This document shows, piece by piece, positions 25,136 through 39,989 of a DNA stretch of 64,000 nt (position 1 is the stretch's first letter; each line of letters begins with the position of its first letter). The stretch comes from the human T2T-CHM13v2.0 reference genome, Homo sapiens. A model generated the notes under the pieces. It ran no database searches, was not told the DNA's origin, and saw nothing but the letters and a program-made list of their open reading frames with translations. Made by a program: the position numbers and the translations under genes. The stretch is from assembly GCF_009914755.1 (NCBI RefSeq), contig NC_060926.1. One strand, 5' to 3'.

Positions 25136-26884
25136 AAGTGTTGATTTGAATTGTTTTGTTGGTTTCCAAATGGAAGGAAAGTGAGGCCGGGGAAGTTGAT
25201 GACTTTTCTAGGGCCACAGAACTGATTATTGACATGTTGGAACTAGAACCCAGCTTCCACAGAGCTGCATGCTTTCCTTCTGGGATCACATAATAATGTC
25301 CTAATAGAGTGAGACCAGGACTGACCCTTTGTCCCTCTATCTCTGATAAATCATGTCAAGACCTGCAAATGATTTTACCCCTTAACAATGAAAAGAAGAT
25401 GTAATTTTAAAATTACCTTGGATGTACAGTGAAAGCAGCATTCCCATAATCAATCATCCAAAATCACGGGGTTATTTGGAGCTATTTGAAGGAAAGTAAA
25501 TTGAAAACATGTTGTTAAACAATGCACTAAAGAGTTATCAAATCATAAACATCTAGATTACTTTAACATGTTGATTATTCCACATTTAGGGTCTCCTTAC
25601 AAAGCAACTCTGGCCATGAAGAGACCTGGAAAATTCAATGAATCCCTTTCTAAGTTGTTAACTGTACTGAGTTGAATCATTTGGCTATGTGGGAACATAT
25701 GTTAAAGTAAAAAAAAAAAAAAAAGCTATATATTACATATATATTCTTTTTGGAGCTATTATTCACACTTTTCACTAAGCAGAAGACACAGAGGCCTGCT
25801 ATTAGGACATGTCTCTGAGGATACAGAAATAGTTTGGGGAGTACAGTGGTATAATATTGAACACATTAAAACCTATCTGGAGCTTTGGAAATCAAATATG
25901 CAGACATTCCATAATGACTCTTGGGTTTTAGCATAATTCCTGAACCTGAAAATTCATAACTAAATAATGGCAGGACATTTATGACATAAAATGCCTTAAA
26001 CCATTTGTTTATTATTATATGTGGATTTTGAGTTTTATGTTTAAGAAAATTGAAAGCCTACCCTTTCTTTTTTTTCCCACTTTGGAAGAGTGATATACCA
26101 ATTACCTTTGAGAGACTTTGTTTTTCTTCCTGGAAGAGAGCTAAACCAGGACTGAAGTTTATGTCAAGGAATCCATTTGGTTATCAAATCTGTGATCATG
26201 CGCTCTTATTAAACTAAACCAAATTAAGTTAATATTTGTTGAAAAATAAATGATGTAATTCGTGAAGAACTCTGTTTTACTCCCAGGATGGTGGCCTGTT
26301 TCTTCAAAGTAGCCTGTGAGAAAACAAAGTCTGAAATAGTTCTTTAAACTGAAAAGAGGAAATTGTTTTGAGTGTGACAGGTGTCTAGAGGGATCACTAC
26401 CCTTGAGTGATCTTTGATCTCGGGGTTATCGTTATAAGACTAAATTATATATGCAATTTTCCTGAGACCAAATTCAATGACTGAACTCTAAAATTAATCT
26501 GGATATTATTTCTTCTTGGAGTTCTAAAACAAGGCCAGGGAAGATTAGAAGCCACTCATCTGACTGAGACGCATCCTCTGACTTTTCTTGGAATGGATTC
26601 CTTATGTGGACAAAATGTGATTTGAATTGCATCTGGTTACTGTTTTTAGAAAATGTTGTTGAAATTCAAACTGAGCCTGTGTACCGTGAGCTGATTTATC
26701 AGTGCCTGCCCATGTGAGAACCAGAAAGGAACTAGGAGGTGTAACTGTGGGGAGGTCGCTCTGGGGTCTTTCATCCAGGTTACCTATTAAAGGGGCAGGT
26801 CTCCAGGCCAGAAGGAGCAAATGCAGTACACTCCTAGAGGGAAAAGCCTTCTCTTGAGGCTCTGAGAACTGCTAGAGAAGAAAC

Positions 26885-27115
26885 AACAGCAGCATGGTGG
26901 AACGAAGACAGAATTTGAAATCAAACACAGCTAAATCTTAAGCCTAACTCCACCATGTATGAGATACATGACTTTTAAAATTAAGTTTTGTAACCTCTCT
27001 GAGCCTCAGTTTTCCTACTGGCAAAATAGGAGTAATATTGCCTGCTTTGTTGCGATGTGAGAATTAACAGGGGATTTTATGCATAGTATCTGACATCTGG
27101 TAGGTCCTCAAAAAT
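26885..27115 (+). mobile_element. MIR SINE
   Basis: taacctctctgagcctcagttttcctactggcaaaatagg core. Confidence 0.85.
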
Positions 27116-27776
27116 TAAAAAAAAAAATAGTACATCTGCAATCACCTTATCAGCAAATAACATATATTGAATATTTATTATGGGTCAAGCACTATACTCC
27201 TTTACCTCCTGTTGATATCTACCTGGACACCTAGCATTAGTGGATACTCAAAAATAAGTCATAAACTGACAAAATGATGGATGAGTCTCCTTTTCCTATT
27301 GACTTTCTTTGGCTATGAAAGCACAAATAGGCAAGACCAGAGGGGAAACGTCCACGTGTTCTGTTGTGGATCCCTCAGTGCACGCAAAGCTGTGGGTTTC
27401 CAGAGGAACGGTCCCCTCATCACTTCAGTTTCCTGCTCTTGGGTGGATTGCAATGCCCCGCTACTGGGGTAGTAGCCTTCATTTTGTGTACTGTGGTCTT
27501 GCTTCTTCTGAATCCAGAGGGTAAAAACTCAAACACCATCTAAAAATGTCAAGTTCTATTTTGCTTCAAGAGCTCCTGAGGGCTGGGCAGAGGTTTTGCA
27601 GTTTCACCACAGGCATTTACAAGGGCCGCACACTTTGGCAGAACTAAGTCTCCAGATAGCCTAACCTCTCCAGACCTAGAATGCAGCTGAATTTTAGGGG
27701 TCGTGAAAGGGGGGAGTTTCTGGGGGGTCCTGGAAAAGACTAAGTCAACCTTGGTTCATCATCATGCTATGCTCAA

Positions 27777-27802
27777 CGCCCGCCCCCCGCCCCCGCCCCT
27801 CC
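27777..27802 (-). promoter_or_regulatory. Tandem GC boxes / G-quadruplex-forming motif
   Basis: Minus strand GGGGCGGGGGCGGGGGGCGGG; motif only, function unproven. Confidence 0.4.
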
Positions 27803-29069
27803 ACAGTCAGGGCTTGCTTGGTTTCTGGTTTCAAAATGAAATTTTCACATGGCCCAAATCCCAACCCACCCTAATTTAAAGAAACAGGCACTTGGCATGT
27901 GATACAGATAGATCAGCAGTTGCTCATATACAGCTGTGCACATCTGGCACACAGGTATGTGATTTTGCATGAAGATAAATTGTGTGGGGACCAAACGCAC
28001 AGTTGTTAAACTAAAAATGAATCGCTTCTTGGAAGCAATCTTCCTGCACAGCAGGGCCTCTGTGTGAGCTTGATCCTTTTCATTAGGCCTTTCTCAGAAA
28101 GCGCAGTCTTCTCCAGAAGGCCTAGGATGGAGGAGGGGGCATGCCCACACCTGCAGTCGGCTCTTTGCTGCTCCCCTCAAACAACACTTGCACATAACCT
28201 CTGACTGCCATGATTGGACAGCCTTCCCAAGGGAGGTACTCAGAGCCCAGGAGAAAGGAAGAGGCCAGGTTCTTCGTTGTACTGCCTCACTTTCCATAAA
28301 TAATGCTGCATTCAGGATCCTATGCTTCAGGGAGAGTTCTTTTGTATACCATTGCTGAAGGATCCAGGTGTATTACCAAACTTGGTGGACCAAGAAGTCT
28401 TCCTCCCTTGGGGGCCTCCTGGAGTCAGTGGTGTCTATCCCTGTGTGCACATCTTGCCTGTAATTCACGTACTTGTAACTCATGGGAGCACCGCATGCTC
28501 AAATGCTGTTCAGATTAGCTGGCTCCACTTGAAGATGCTTTGCTGGCACTTTGGAGGAAACAGAAAGAATGAATTCTGCTCTAGGCAATCTCTTGGATTC
28601 CATGAAGCACCATGCTGAATCAATGGGATCAATGACTAAGGCTGATACAGAATGTTCCATTCCAGGCTTAGTTTCACAATTTCAATAATAGGAAGTTGCT
28701 AGGTGTTACTAGGGGTTGGCACAAATGAATCAGTGACTTTGAAGGAGATTTTTCCCATCTGTCTTTTCGTGTGGTAATAATGTAAGCAAGGGTCTAGCAA
28801 ATTTGCTTTTATTCTTATTTATCTCCCTATCCCGCTCTGCCCTTAATTCTTTCCTCCTTATCTATTTATTGATTTCTCAAAACAAACAATAAATCCAATA
28901 GGCGAAAGGAAAATTGCAATGGCTTCAGAGGGAAATATAAACTACACCTTATCCCACTTGAGTTAGAGTAATAGATTAACTATATTATGTATTCTGCAGT
29001 ATTGCATATGCTGTGTCTTTTGTCTGTTTATTTTTTACCCTTTCCTAGATTGGTGAACCCTAGATTATT

Positions 29070-29315
29070 CCTTATAGCTCAACTCAGTTCTCACCTCTTT
29101 TATGGCTCCTTCTCACATGGGAGATGATTTTATTCTCTATGCTACTATTATACTGCATGCATACCTGTCTGCTAGCAGCACGCCATTTTGTGATTGCCTG
29201 TTGCCATGTCTGCTTTCCCACCATAACGTGGGCCTCTCCACAGCAGGGATTATCTATTTCTTTCTATTTCCAACACTAAGCCCTATTTTAATAAATATAT
29301 ATCTGGCAAATGAAT
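29070..29315 (+). mobile_element. L2 3' fragment
   Basis: catgtctgctttcccaccataacgtgggcctctccacagcagggatt...aataaatat...aatgaat. Confidence 0.55.
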
Positions 29316-29934
29316 ACCAATGCTGTTCTTTCTTTTCCTGAATAACTTTCTTAGAACACCAGGTATTCCTTCTTTGTGAACTCCATGATAACCCAGGATG
29401 AGAATATAAAGGTCCTCCATAAAGTTGGTCGGGACCTGACCCAGACAGCAAACAAAAAACAGCCCTATTCCGAGGTAGCCTGCAACTGCCAGAATTACCT
29501 AGGATCTGCCTCAGGGGGTCCTGGCAAGGGATAAAATAAGAAGAAACACGTGAATAAAAACAGGACTGATTATCTTTGTTCTTAAAGAAAAGAAAATGCA
29601 AGTATTTTCAGGCCTCAATGCTGAGATCAGGGTGAGAGTACAGAGGTGCATGTCATTGTGGGAGCTACCAGAGGTGTTTGAAACCAGCCACTGCAAAAGT
29701 TCTCTGGTGGGACTCTCTGTCCAGGAATCATCAATAGCAAAGTCTCCCAAGGATCTGTCTCTATCAGCACTCTTCATTTGCCCATTTGTCCAACCTTGCC
29801 TTGCATTGGTAGTTTATAATTCTCTTGAATCCCAGAATGAGCAAAAGCTTTGAGTGGGGAGGTTTGTCTTTTGTAGAACCCAACATAAATTCCACACTCA
29901 TGTGGGAACAGAAAGCTGAGCAGAACCGATAAGC

Positions 29935-30040
29935 ATATATAAATCTGCTGGTATATATAATACATACATATAATATATATCACTATATATCATATGTGTG
30001 ATATATATGATAAATCATACACACACATACACACATACAA
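29935..30040. repeat. TA/CA low-complexity repeat
   Basis: Read directly. Confidence 0.8.
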
Positions 30041-30769
30041 TTTGCCAGCTGTTTTTCCATCTAGTTTTTATTATATGAATAAGACTCAAAAATACTTACC
30101 AAAATTAATGACTGATAAAATAGTCAATCTCCCTCTTCGTGGTAGAAGAATGTTATCTTAGGGCACAATAGTATAATAAAATTGCATTACTGGGATAGCT
30201 CAGAGAAGAGGGTTTCTAAGATGGGCTTCTCACAGTTTCTTGCCTTGACTCTGAAAATGCTGGTGCTGCTATACCTTGCTCCCTTGTCCCTGTTCTTCAC
30301 ATCTGAGCTCCTGTTCTCTCCCACCCAGCCTCTATGGCAGGATTCCCCGAAGCAGCCTGCTTCTCTCCCCTCATGATCTGCATGGCGGCCAGGTACCAGC
30401 GCATCAGAGGGACTGTCCTGTTCCTTACAATGTGTGAGAAAGACACAGACACCTGGAGGGAAGGGAAGAAAGAATCACACCACAGCTCTGTGATGGCTTC
30501 TGTGGAAAAGTACATGTGGGAAATATAATCCTCTGTAGAGGTGACCAGAATGTTTAGTCATATAGAATTTTTTAATTGCTATGTCACCCAACCAAAAAAC
30601 AGACTGCATTTTCAACTGAGGGAATAAAAAGCCTAGTTGCTCATGTGCAGGCAAATGATAACTTCCTGTGCACTTTCTCCTGGCCTCGTCAGTGCCTCAG
30701 TACAAAGAAACTCAAAACTGTTACCAGTAGCTCAGGAAGGCAATAGGAAAAGAATGAAGATTAGGAGAG

Positions 30770-30900
30770 AAAGGAGCAACATGCTAGACTTGGAGTTAAA
30801 AAGTTGGAATTTTACTCAATTTTTTACTCTGTTACTTCAAAAAAATCCCTTCTCTATCTGAGCCTAAGTTTCTTTAAATATAAAATGAGAAAAACTATCC
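30770..30900 (+). mobile_element. MIR fragment
   Basis: ctagacttggagttaaaa head; tctgagcctaagtttctttaaatataaaatgag core. Confidence 0.65.
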
Positions 30901-33699
30901 ATACAATTCCAATATGCCAGTATTTTTTTTATTTTCTCGTCTTCTATGATCTTTAAAAAACTATTTTTGTAGAAACTGAAATTTGTGTTTCCATTGCTAT
31001 CATTCTGGGTTTATATTTTTTTCGTATTTACAGAAATTTTGTTCAGAAAGATATTTTTGTGTTGGATTAACTTTCAACCAATGACCAAGTTTGCTCCCTA
31101 GAAGCCATTTGAATCTGGGTGGGCCTTATACCCAAAACTAAGTCTGTTTTCATGTTTGTGTTACTGATCCATCTAGTGTAGGTGTTCATTAAATACTTGC
31201 TAACTAAAATAATCAATCATCTTATAAAAACAACATTGACAAATGTTATTTCTAAAAGTTCAACCTATAGTGAAAAATCCTCAACATCCTGTGGTTGAAA
31301 GCATCTGGTCCACTGTGAATTATTTTTTATGAATTAGTTCCAGGAGGCCTCCTCTGTTGACAAAAGATACTCATTATCAACCGGGTTTGCTGGGCTGGGA
31401 CTATTTCGGGCATCTGTAAAAGTACCATCTTCCAGATTTACATGGCTTTTATGACACTTACTGATCATATCTTTTGGTCCAAACCATATCATTCTAAACC
31501 CCCAAAACTAGTCTCTTTCTTTGTAAATTGGGTGGATATTGTAAGCTTCTTTCCTCTATTTCGGGGAATGCAAAAATCCCAAGAGTATATCAAGTACAGG
31601 GTATATTTGTAATCAGGTATTATGAAATCCTGCTTTGGATAGGGATGGAATCAGTAGTTATCTATCCCTACTGGCTTTGATTAGTAGTTGAAAAAAGCAA
31701 GAAAAATTAGCAGAAAAGCCCATGATGTGAAGTGCTTTTTGAAGAACTTATTTCCAACTCTAATCATATATGGCCCTGGTAACTTCTTACACCTGGAACT
31801 CAACTCTCAAAACACATGTAAGTATTGGGTCCATTAAAGTAGGCTGATATAGAGTTCCCTTTTTCATCTCCCATCATCTTCACTCACCTTGATGACATAA
31901 TATTCTTGGCCTTCTCATTAGCAATCAAACTATTCATGATTATGCCCCACAGATCACTGTCAAAACTACTTTCTGGAGAAAAAAGTCTGAAAATCCATTA
32001 TGATGAGGAATGGATGACTGAAGGAATCATCATGAGATACAGGAGTAGTGGCATCATAGTAGAGAAAATGGTGACATTACAAGATGGTGGCTATTGGCTG
32101 GAAAAAAGGACACAGAGCACCAAAGCCTGTGCTAACTCTGGAGGACGTAAAACACTAGAGAGTCATGTCTGCCAACGTTGGGCAAGAAGTAGGTCTGGTG
32201 CATGTGAGCCACTCGGTTCTATAAATAAACTCAGCAAGACCTGCATGTGTTTTCCTAGTGAGCCTGCTTCCTTATAACAGAATTCCTGCTGCTCCTGCAG
32301 TCCCTGCTGGTGTTCACTTCCTTTTGGCAAGCAACCCCATGGCCTTCTTGGGGAGATGTCATGTGTGCCTCCTGTAGCAGGACCAGGGCCACTTGTCTGT
32401 CCACTTCCAAAAACTCAGGCAGAAGGAGGTCCTCTGTGCTCTAGTTGCAGAATGGGGTGCCTGTCTCTAGATGTCTAAACAAACAACCCTGAGTTGAAAT
32501 GTCTTTAAGAACCTGCTACTGTGAGGGCATAATCCATCATCTTCTAAAACACAGTTTAAAGTACTATGTGTGGTCTTATTCCCTTGGGTTTATTTGACCT
32601 AGAATTTAATTAAGGACTTTTGGGAGAAAACAATGATGTGAGACAACTGGAGGGTCCCAACAAGTATGTTTTACATATTCATAACTGTATAATCCACAAG
32701 TTTGTTTTTATTTATGAAAAATCTCAGTGAGAATAAACAAAGCAGAGAGCATAATAAATGGTGTCTTTATTATAAGGAAACCAGGAAGATTGCACTGGCC
32801 ATTTGTTTCCTTCTAGGACGTAGGATGAGACAGTCTGCCCGTCATGCAGTTGGCAGAATGGGATCCAGTCAACCCCAGAGCCACCTTCCCATTACAATCC
32901 ATAGCTGTACCACTTGTCCTCAGTTTTGAAAAAGATATTATAATCTCAACCCATCTACACACAGATACGGGCAATATCCCTAGGAATGATACCTAGGGGT
33001 ACCTACATCCTATTCCTAAAAATCAGAAACCTGTGTGCTTCTTCTAAGTGGCAGCAGCCTCCATGAAATGGAGAATGCCTGGCAGCATTAGGGACCCTGA
33101 TTATGAGATACGGCACCATCACTTGAGATATGTCAACAGCTTTTTTTGATTTAATGAATAGAAAAAACATTTGAAACACTAGTTATAGAGAAATAAACTT
33201 GAACTTACTTTATTTATTCATTGCCAAATCAGGAAAATGTAGTAGACGTACTTTAATGGTTCATACTTTTGTGAGTGTGAGGATTCCTTTATGGTATCAA
33301 AATACTTCAAAGCTTGTAGCCCCAATTGTGGTCATTTAACTTTTAGTGCTTTGTTTGAAATAAATTAACTTCAGATAAATTAGCATTTTGTTTTATCTCA
33401 ATAGCATCTGCATTCATTTTAAGGCACTCATTTGTATGTGGAAAATGTAATTTATTCAGACTACAGATAATATTTGGTTGCTTTGAGAATGAACAGATTA
33501 TTTGTGTTAATTCTGCAGTTCCCAGAGACCACTGGGAATCATGAAGACCTGACTTTCACTCTGGATTTCACCCAAGCGCAACTAAGTTTCTCACGATATG
33601 TTATGAAGACTGGAGAAATCAAGGCTGACGTTGACATGATGGGTGCATATTAGGTAGACCAACTACTTCCAAAAGTGCTGATGATTGCTGGGGAAGAGA

Positions 33700-33880
33700 G
33701 AATGGGATCTCTGATGAGGAGCTATGAGATCTACCCTTTGGTCTCTCCTCTTCCATTCTTGTTCTGCCACTGACTCAGTGCATGGCCTGGGAAATGTCAT
33801 TTTTGCTCTCTTAGCCTTGGGTTCTTCATATGAGACAGGGCAGGTGGGATGTAAAATAGAACAGCAGTTCTAAATCTTTT
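33700..33880 (+). mobile_element. MIR fragment
   Basis: ttctgccactgactcagtgcatggcctgggaaatgtcattt...agccttgggttcttcat. Confidence 0.6.
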
Positions 33881-34730
33881 GATTTATAAATCTTGAACTT
33901 TTTACAAATGCTTTGAGTCATTTTTCTGGAACATACTTATATACACAAAATTGACCTACCATTCTGGGGACTCATAGATCTTCTGAAGCCACGATCAGAA
34001 ACCCTTGAGGTGATGAACATTTAAATGCTCCCCAGCAAGGAAAGGGCAGTGTTAGGGAGTCAAGGACATGACTATGGAGCTGTGGTGATTTCACTTTTAT
34101 TTCAAGCAGCTCTTTTGCAGAAAGTAATGGGAGTCAGTCCCTGGGAGACATCTGGAAAGCATGTCGCCTGACCTCCAGCTGGGTTTGGTTTCAGTCTGTT
34201 CCAACTGGTGACCCTGCAGTGCTCTTTCTCTTTCCCAACCCAGACATTCTCTGTCTCCCTGTCTGAGCTGGGCCCTTCCCGGCCTTTCAGGAATGGTGTG
34301 CCAAAGACAAGGCAATTCCACTCTGAGAAGGGTCTTACAGCACTGCCTTGCATCACAAGGGCTCCTTCAGTGGACTCTAAGTTCATTCCCTCCCTCGCCA
34401 CTGAATTTGATTCCCTTTCCAAAGCCCTCTTCATACTTTATGGAAAGGATTCTTTTTACAGGCACCAACCAAACACAGTGTGTTGACCATTCAGGAGTGG
34501 AGTCAAGTCAGGGACAGAAAGTATAGCTATGCATACCGGCATCTTCTGGCTTCCAAGCCAGCTGCAGAACTACATGATCAGTATCGCGTGAGGGAGAAAT
34601 GTGGGGGTTGAGTAGGATGCCCTTTCTCATCTCTGGTCTCACTCATTTGGGTTTATGCCAAGTCCCCTTGTCATAGAATGTCAGCAGCATTTCTTAGACT
34701 CTCTTTTGGCCATTCTTTTATCATCTATAG

Positions 34731-34922
34731 CTGTGCTGTCCAGTGCAGCAGCCACTAGTCACATGTGACTATTTAAATTTATTAAAATTAAAACTTTAGC
34801 TCCTCAGTTGCACTAGCCACACTTCAAGTGCTCAATAGTCACATAGGGCTAGTGGCTCTTGGACCAGAGAGCATACATCTAGAACATTCACATCTTCACA
34901 GAAAGTTGTATCAGACACCAAA
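34731..34922 (-). mobile_element. MER3 hAT MITE
   Basis: ctgtgctgtcca...gccactagtcacatgtgactatttaaattt...ctcagttgcactagccacacttcaagtgctcaatag. Confidence 0.9.
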
Positions 34923-34949
34923 GACATATATGCCTTCAGTAAATAAACA

Positions 34950-35290
34950 CTCCCTGCCAGCACCTGACTGAGATTCAAAAGTGTAAAAATGATTGAGATG
35001 AGATTCTGCCCTCAAGAGGCTCATGGGTTGTGGAGGAGGCAGACATGAAATTATACCATCATAAAACTCTGAGCTTCCAAGGGAGACAGGAATTAGGTAT
35101 TCCAGGCAGAGATAACAGTAGGTACAAAGGTACAGAAGAATAAAAATATGACATGTTCAGAGAAAGGGACATTGCTGCCTGTTCACATGTAGAGTATATG
35201 TGTCTCATGAGTAAAGAGGTGGTGAGAGTGATGACTGACCAAGGTGGGAAAGTACACAAGGATCAGGTTTGATGAAATCTTGTCTGCCAT
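34950..35290 (-). mobile_element. L2 3' fragment
   Basis: ctgccctcaagaggctca...ggcagacat...attccaggcagagataacag...caaaggtacaga. Confidence 0.7.
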
Positions 35291-36029
35291 GTCCATTTGG
35301 TAGTTGTTTTATAAAGGATAATTTACCAGAACTTCATCTGTAACTAGTTTTGATTTCCTAGAATTTGGTTCCTTGAAATTAAATACCCTTTTGCCCCATC
35401 TCTGTCAGGATCTTATGACAAAGTCTTTTAAAGAATTTCAAATCCTGAGCTCCTGTCCTCTCTGTGGCACATCTTCTTCTTCTTCCAGGCACTGCCCTCA
35501 GGTTCACATCTCTCACTGCCACATCGTATGGTCGCTGGAAGATGTAAGAATGTATGGATGTTTGTGTTTAGCTAAGCAAAGATGTCCCTTAAACTGACAA
35601 TAAGGTTGACGACCACAAGCAAAATGAAAAAGGGCAATGCTTCCAAAGAATTAGTTAGCTAGCTGTGACAACAAGACCAAGGAAAACTGGTGGAAGGACA
35701 AGTGGAAAAGACACTTGCAGAATGCTCTTCAGGAGGCATTCCTGCAGCTCACTGTGGCAAACACATGCACTCTTCTTTCAAACTACATAAATCCTCACAG
35801 CTGAGGTTGAGGTTCATTTCTGCCTGTCCTAAATGTATCTTGATAACCAGTAAAGATGCATACCATAAAACTATTCAAGAAATATTAATTGAGCATTTAC
35901 TAAGTGTCAGACTCTTGCTGCCTTCAATGAAGACCAACTTCATGGGTCTGCGATGACCATGGGTCATGATCCTGACCTCTGGGATATTCATGATAGATTT
36001 CAACACCCTTCCAGTGCTATCTTCTGCAG

Positions 36030-36180
36030 TCTCAACATAGCCCTGCTAGGTAGATAAGACCAAGTTTTTATCCCCATTTTTACAGATTGCAAAATTAAAG
36101 TCCAGGGACACAAAGTCATGTCCCAATATTGCATTGAACAAGGGAGCTAGAGTCAGCTCCAGTATTTCCAATATAGGCTC
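36030..36180 (-). mobile_element. MIR SINE
   Basis: tatccccatttttacagattgcaaaattaaagtcca. Confidence 0.75.
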
Positions 36181-39139
36181 TTAGAGGTTTCCTCGGAAGG
36201 CAAGTTAAATAATTACAGAAAACTCCCCTAAAATTACTTTTTCCTAGTATGTTGGGAAAAAACATCAAATATGAGGCAAAAAAATACTAGGAGATTCTTG
36301 ATGATTGCATTTGCTTAAAAACAGATACAATACTCTCAGTAGTTCAAAGCCCCAAATACTTGTAATGATCAACAAAAGCTGAAAGCTGATTTCTTTTGAA
36401 AATCATCAAGATTAAAGTGGTCAGGTGGCCACAAACATTCGTAGCCTTCCTGTTACACTAAAGAAAAGAAAGAACTTGATGAGTTTAAATGCTTTTTTGA
36501 AAGGATTCATTTTATTTTAATGAAAAGAAATACACATCTCTCTTTTCTCATTTCAGTGGATCAGAAGAGTTTGTGGCAAAAATCATACTGGCCAACACTG
36601 AGCCAATGCTGCAAGAGCAAACGCTAAATAAAGAAATCTGTTTTAAGCCTTTATTGAATTGTAACTGCACACTTGCAAATAAATCCCAGTGCATGTTGTT
36701 TTAATTAATGTAAATAATAAGATAACAGTGGTTATGGAGGTCTAACCAACCATACAGTTAAGCATTCATTTGTTTTCAATTATAGTTAAAATATATTCAA
36801 CTGAATACAGCTTAAGTGGTAATTACATTCTTTACAAGTTCCTAATAATCCCTGGCATGGCCACTCTAATAAAAATTTGCCTCTAATGGGTACATGTCCT
36901 GCTTGCTCACATGTCAAGGCCAGTGGAGTCATTAGGAACAACAGCCGTCCAAGTGTCTGTCTGGAGATTTAGACTTCTGTCCAAAGCCCACACATGAACC
37001 ACTCACTGTGTACTTAATATGGGAAGCAGCATGGTCATTTGATTGTGGTTTTATGCTCTTTCCCAGGAATGCTTCTCAGGGGGGCAATTCTGCTATTGGA
37101 GAGTGGCTATTTGTCATTTCCTATCAGATGAAGCCTTGGACAGACCCTACAGTAGGATGCAAGGGGCTTCACTCAGCCATCCTGGCTACAGGAATTTCAC
37201 TTCATTTTAAGATAGTCACTAACCTCCACCCAAATTTCCAGGATATCAATCTGTGTTTAATGGGTGGCTGGTTGTGAGACTGAAGTAGACACAGCATTCC
37301 AATCAAGGGAAATATGTCTGGGTGCACACACAGCTTGATAAATTGCTTTTAATGTTTTGAGTCAGGGAAAAAAAATCTAACATTATATGTTCCCTTTCTT
37401 TTCTCTTATTTCAATACTCTACTGTGTCTCTCTTCCTCAATTTTCCTTCCTCCCATGCTCCTTTTTCCTCTTTTTCTCTTTCCTGTTCCTTCCTCTCTGT
37501 CTTCCCTATGGGAGAATTTCAGAGGAAATAAAAGACAGAACTTGCTTTGTGGTTAAGAGTGCCTATGTTGGGTGATTCTGAGCTGTATCATTTCCTCAAC
37601 TGTCATTCCAAAATTCGTGTGTCATTCTAGTGGTGCAATTCTGCTGCTCTGGTTCTGGAGAGCAATTATAATTGAAGTGCTTGGCAGATTTTTATTTTCA
37701 GCATCTACTTGAAATTTAGAGGAAGCCAATGGGGGCTGTGCCCAGAGAGAGAAAAGCATGTCTCATAGATAAGAAGGGACGTCAGTCACCCCCTAATATT
37801 AAGAGGACAACCCTAGAAGTAAACATGAACCTACTGCTAGCCTTGCTTTTCTAAAAGAAAAGATGCACATTTATGCAGTAAATATATACTAAACAAAAAA
37901 AGGGAAGTAGAAATAGTCAAGAATAACAGATGGCAGAAAGATATATGTACTCATAACAAACTTGACAGTGCTCTCTCTAGTAAGCCATGGCAATGCTTGG
38001 ATAATTGTTGGGTTTGGATATAAATTTCAAAAGGCAAAGTCAGCCATATTTTTATCTAATAGAATGTTTAAATAAATCCTTCCTCCTTGATTTGTCAGTT
38101 CCATACATGAGGGGCTGCTGGTAGAAGGGGTGCTGGTTTTATCTGGCCCTGTTATCGAGTGACTATGGGACTGTGTATAATTCCCTTCTCCTATATGGGT
38201 CTTGTTTTCTCCTCTTTTAAATTGATAATCTTAAAGGCACCTCTCACCTCTGACAATTGCCATTTCATTAAATTACAGCTCAGATTAATAAAGCTTCTCA
38301 TGATTGACGTGCTTTAACAATCCGGTCTTTCCACAGCAGTGAGCCGTCGGTTAGTAATTTGGGAGGATATACATGTATCAGAAACTTTATAGAGAAGGGC
38401 CATGCATCATAGAGAGAAACAGGAGACCTGCCTTTTAGGCTTCTACCCACCTCAAACTTCCAGAATTCTATGGTACTTCTGTCTAGCCATAATTCATTCC
38501 TGCCTTGTGCTTCTCCACTACCTTGTGCTATGAGACTTTAACAGCTTCAAAGAAAGTGGAGGAGCCCCATAGAAAATCCTGGCAATGGCTGTAAACTTGC
38601 ACAAGCCAGGCAAGTGCCAGAAAGATAGTATGGGGACAACTCCTACCAGCTTGTGAATATTCAGTCTCCCTCTTACTGCCCAAACTATGCCACGACCATT
38701 ACCACAGAACATGGTAGTCCACATGGTGTCTCCCAACATTCCCAACATTCAGTTTCTAAATGAAACTGAATTTCATTTAGTTCTAATTTGAATAAGACTA
38801 CATTCAGTGCATAGATTCTAATTTGGACTAGACTAAATTGTCTCTTCCCAATCTTTTCAGCCTTCCATCCCACCAACCCCCAATATGTACTCAGAGCTCA
38901 AACTTAACCTGATAGCTTATAGTATTATATTTCTATTGCTGTGCAACAAATTACCACAAATTTGGTGGCTTGAGAAACAACCCTTTACTATCTCACTGTC
39001 CACTGGTCTAGAGTCCAGGCATGTGTTAGCTGGATCCTCTGCTCATGGTCTTGCAAGACTACACTCTAGGTATGCCCTGAGCTACTTTCCTTTCTGGAGT
39101 TCAGCAGTGTTTTCCAAGCTCATCTGCTTGTTGGTATTA

Positions 39140-39611
<472 letters not shown>

Positions 39612-39989
39612 TCATACTTCCTTGCCAAGTGGAATTCTCACAAATGGCAACTGATTTCTTCAAAGGTGGCAGGAAATCTCTCTCCACTGTGCTGAGATGG
39701 AGTCTTATATAAAGAAACAAACACAGGAGTGAATATTGCCGCGCCTTTGCCATATAACATAACGTAATTACGGGAATGACATCCACCACCTCTAACACAG
39801 CAAGCCTAGAGTTCCATCTGCAGTCAAGAGGAGGGGCTTATACAAGGATGGGATTCACTGGGGATCAGATTGGAATTCTGCTTACCATAATTATTATACC
39901 CAGAGCATTTTTCTTACCCCTTTAGATATGGGTTTTCCTTTGTCTAGTAGGGAACTACTAGACATAGGGTTTGCCTGTGTCTAAAACCA

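Noticed and set aside
31906-32277. 123-aa ORF in unique DNA
   Set aside because: Non-ATG start, no recognisable domain, no convincing splice boundaries; this length is expected by chance in 64 kb
36888-36918. p53-like CATG/CTTG cluster
   Set aside because: Half-sites are mismatched and not in the canonical tandem register
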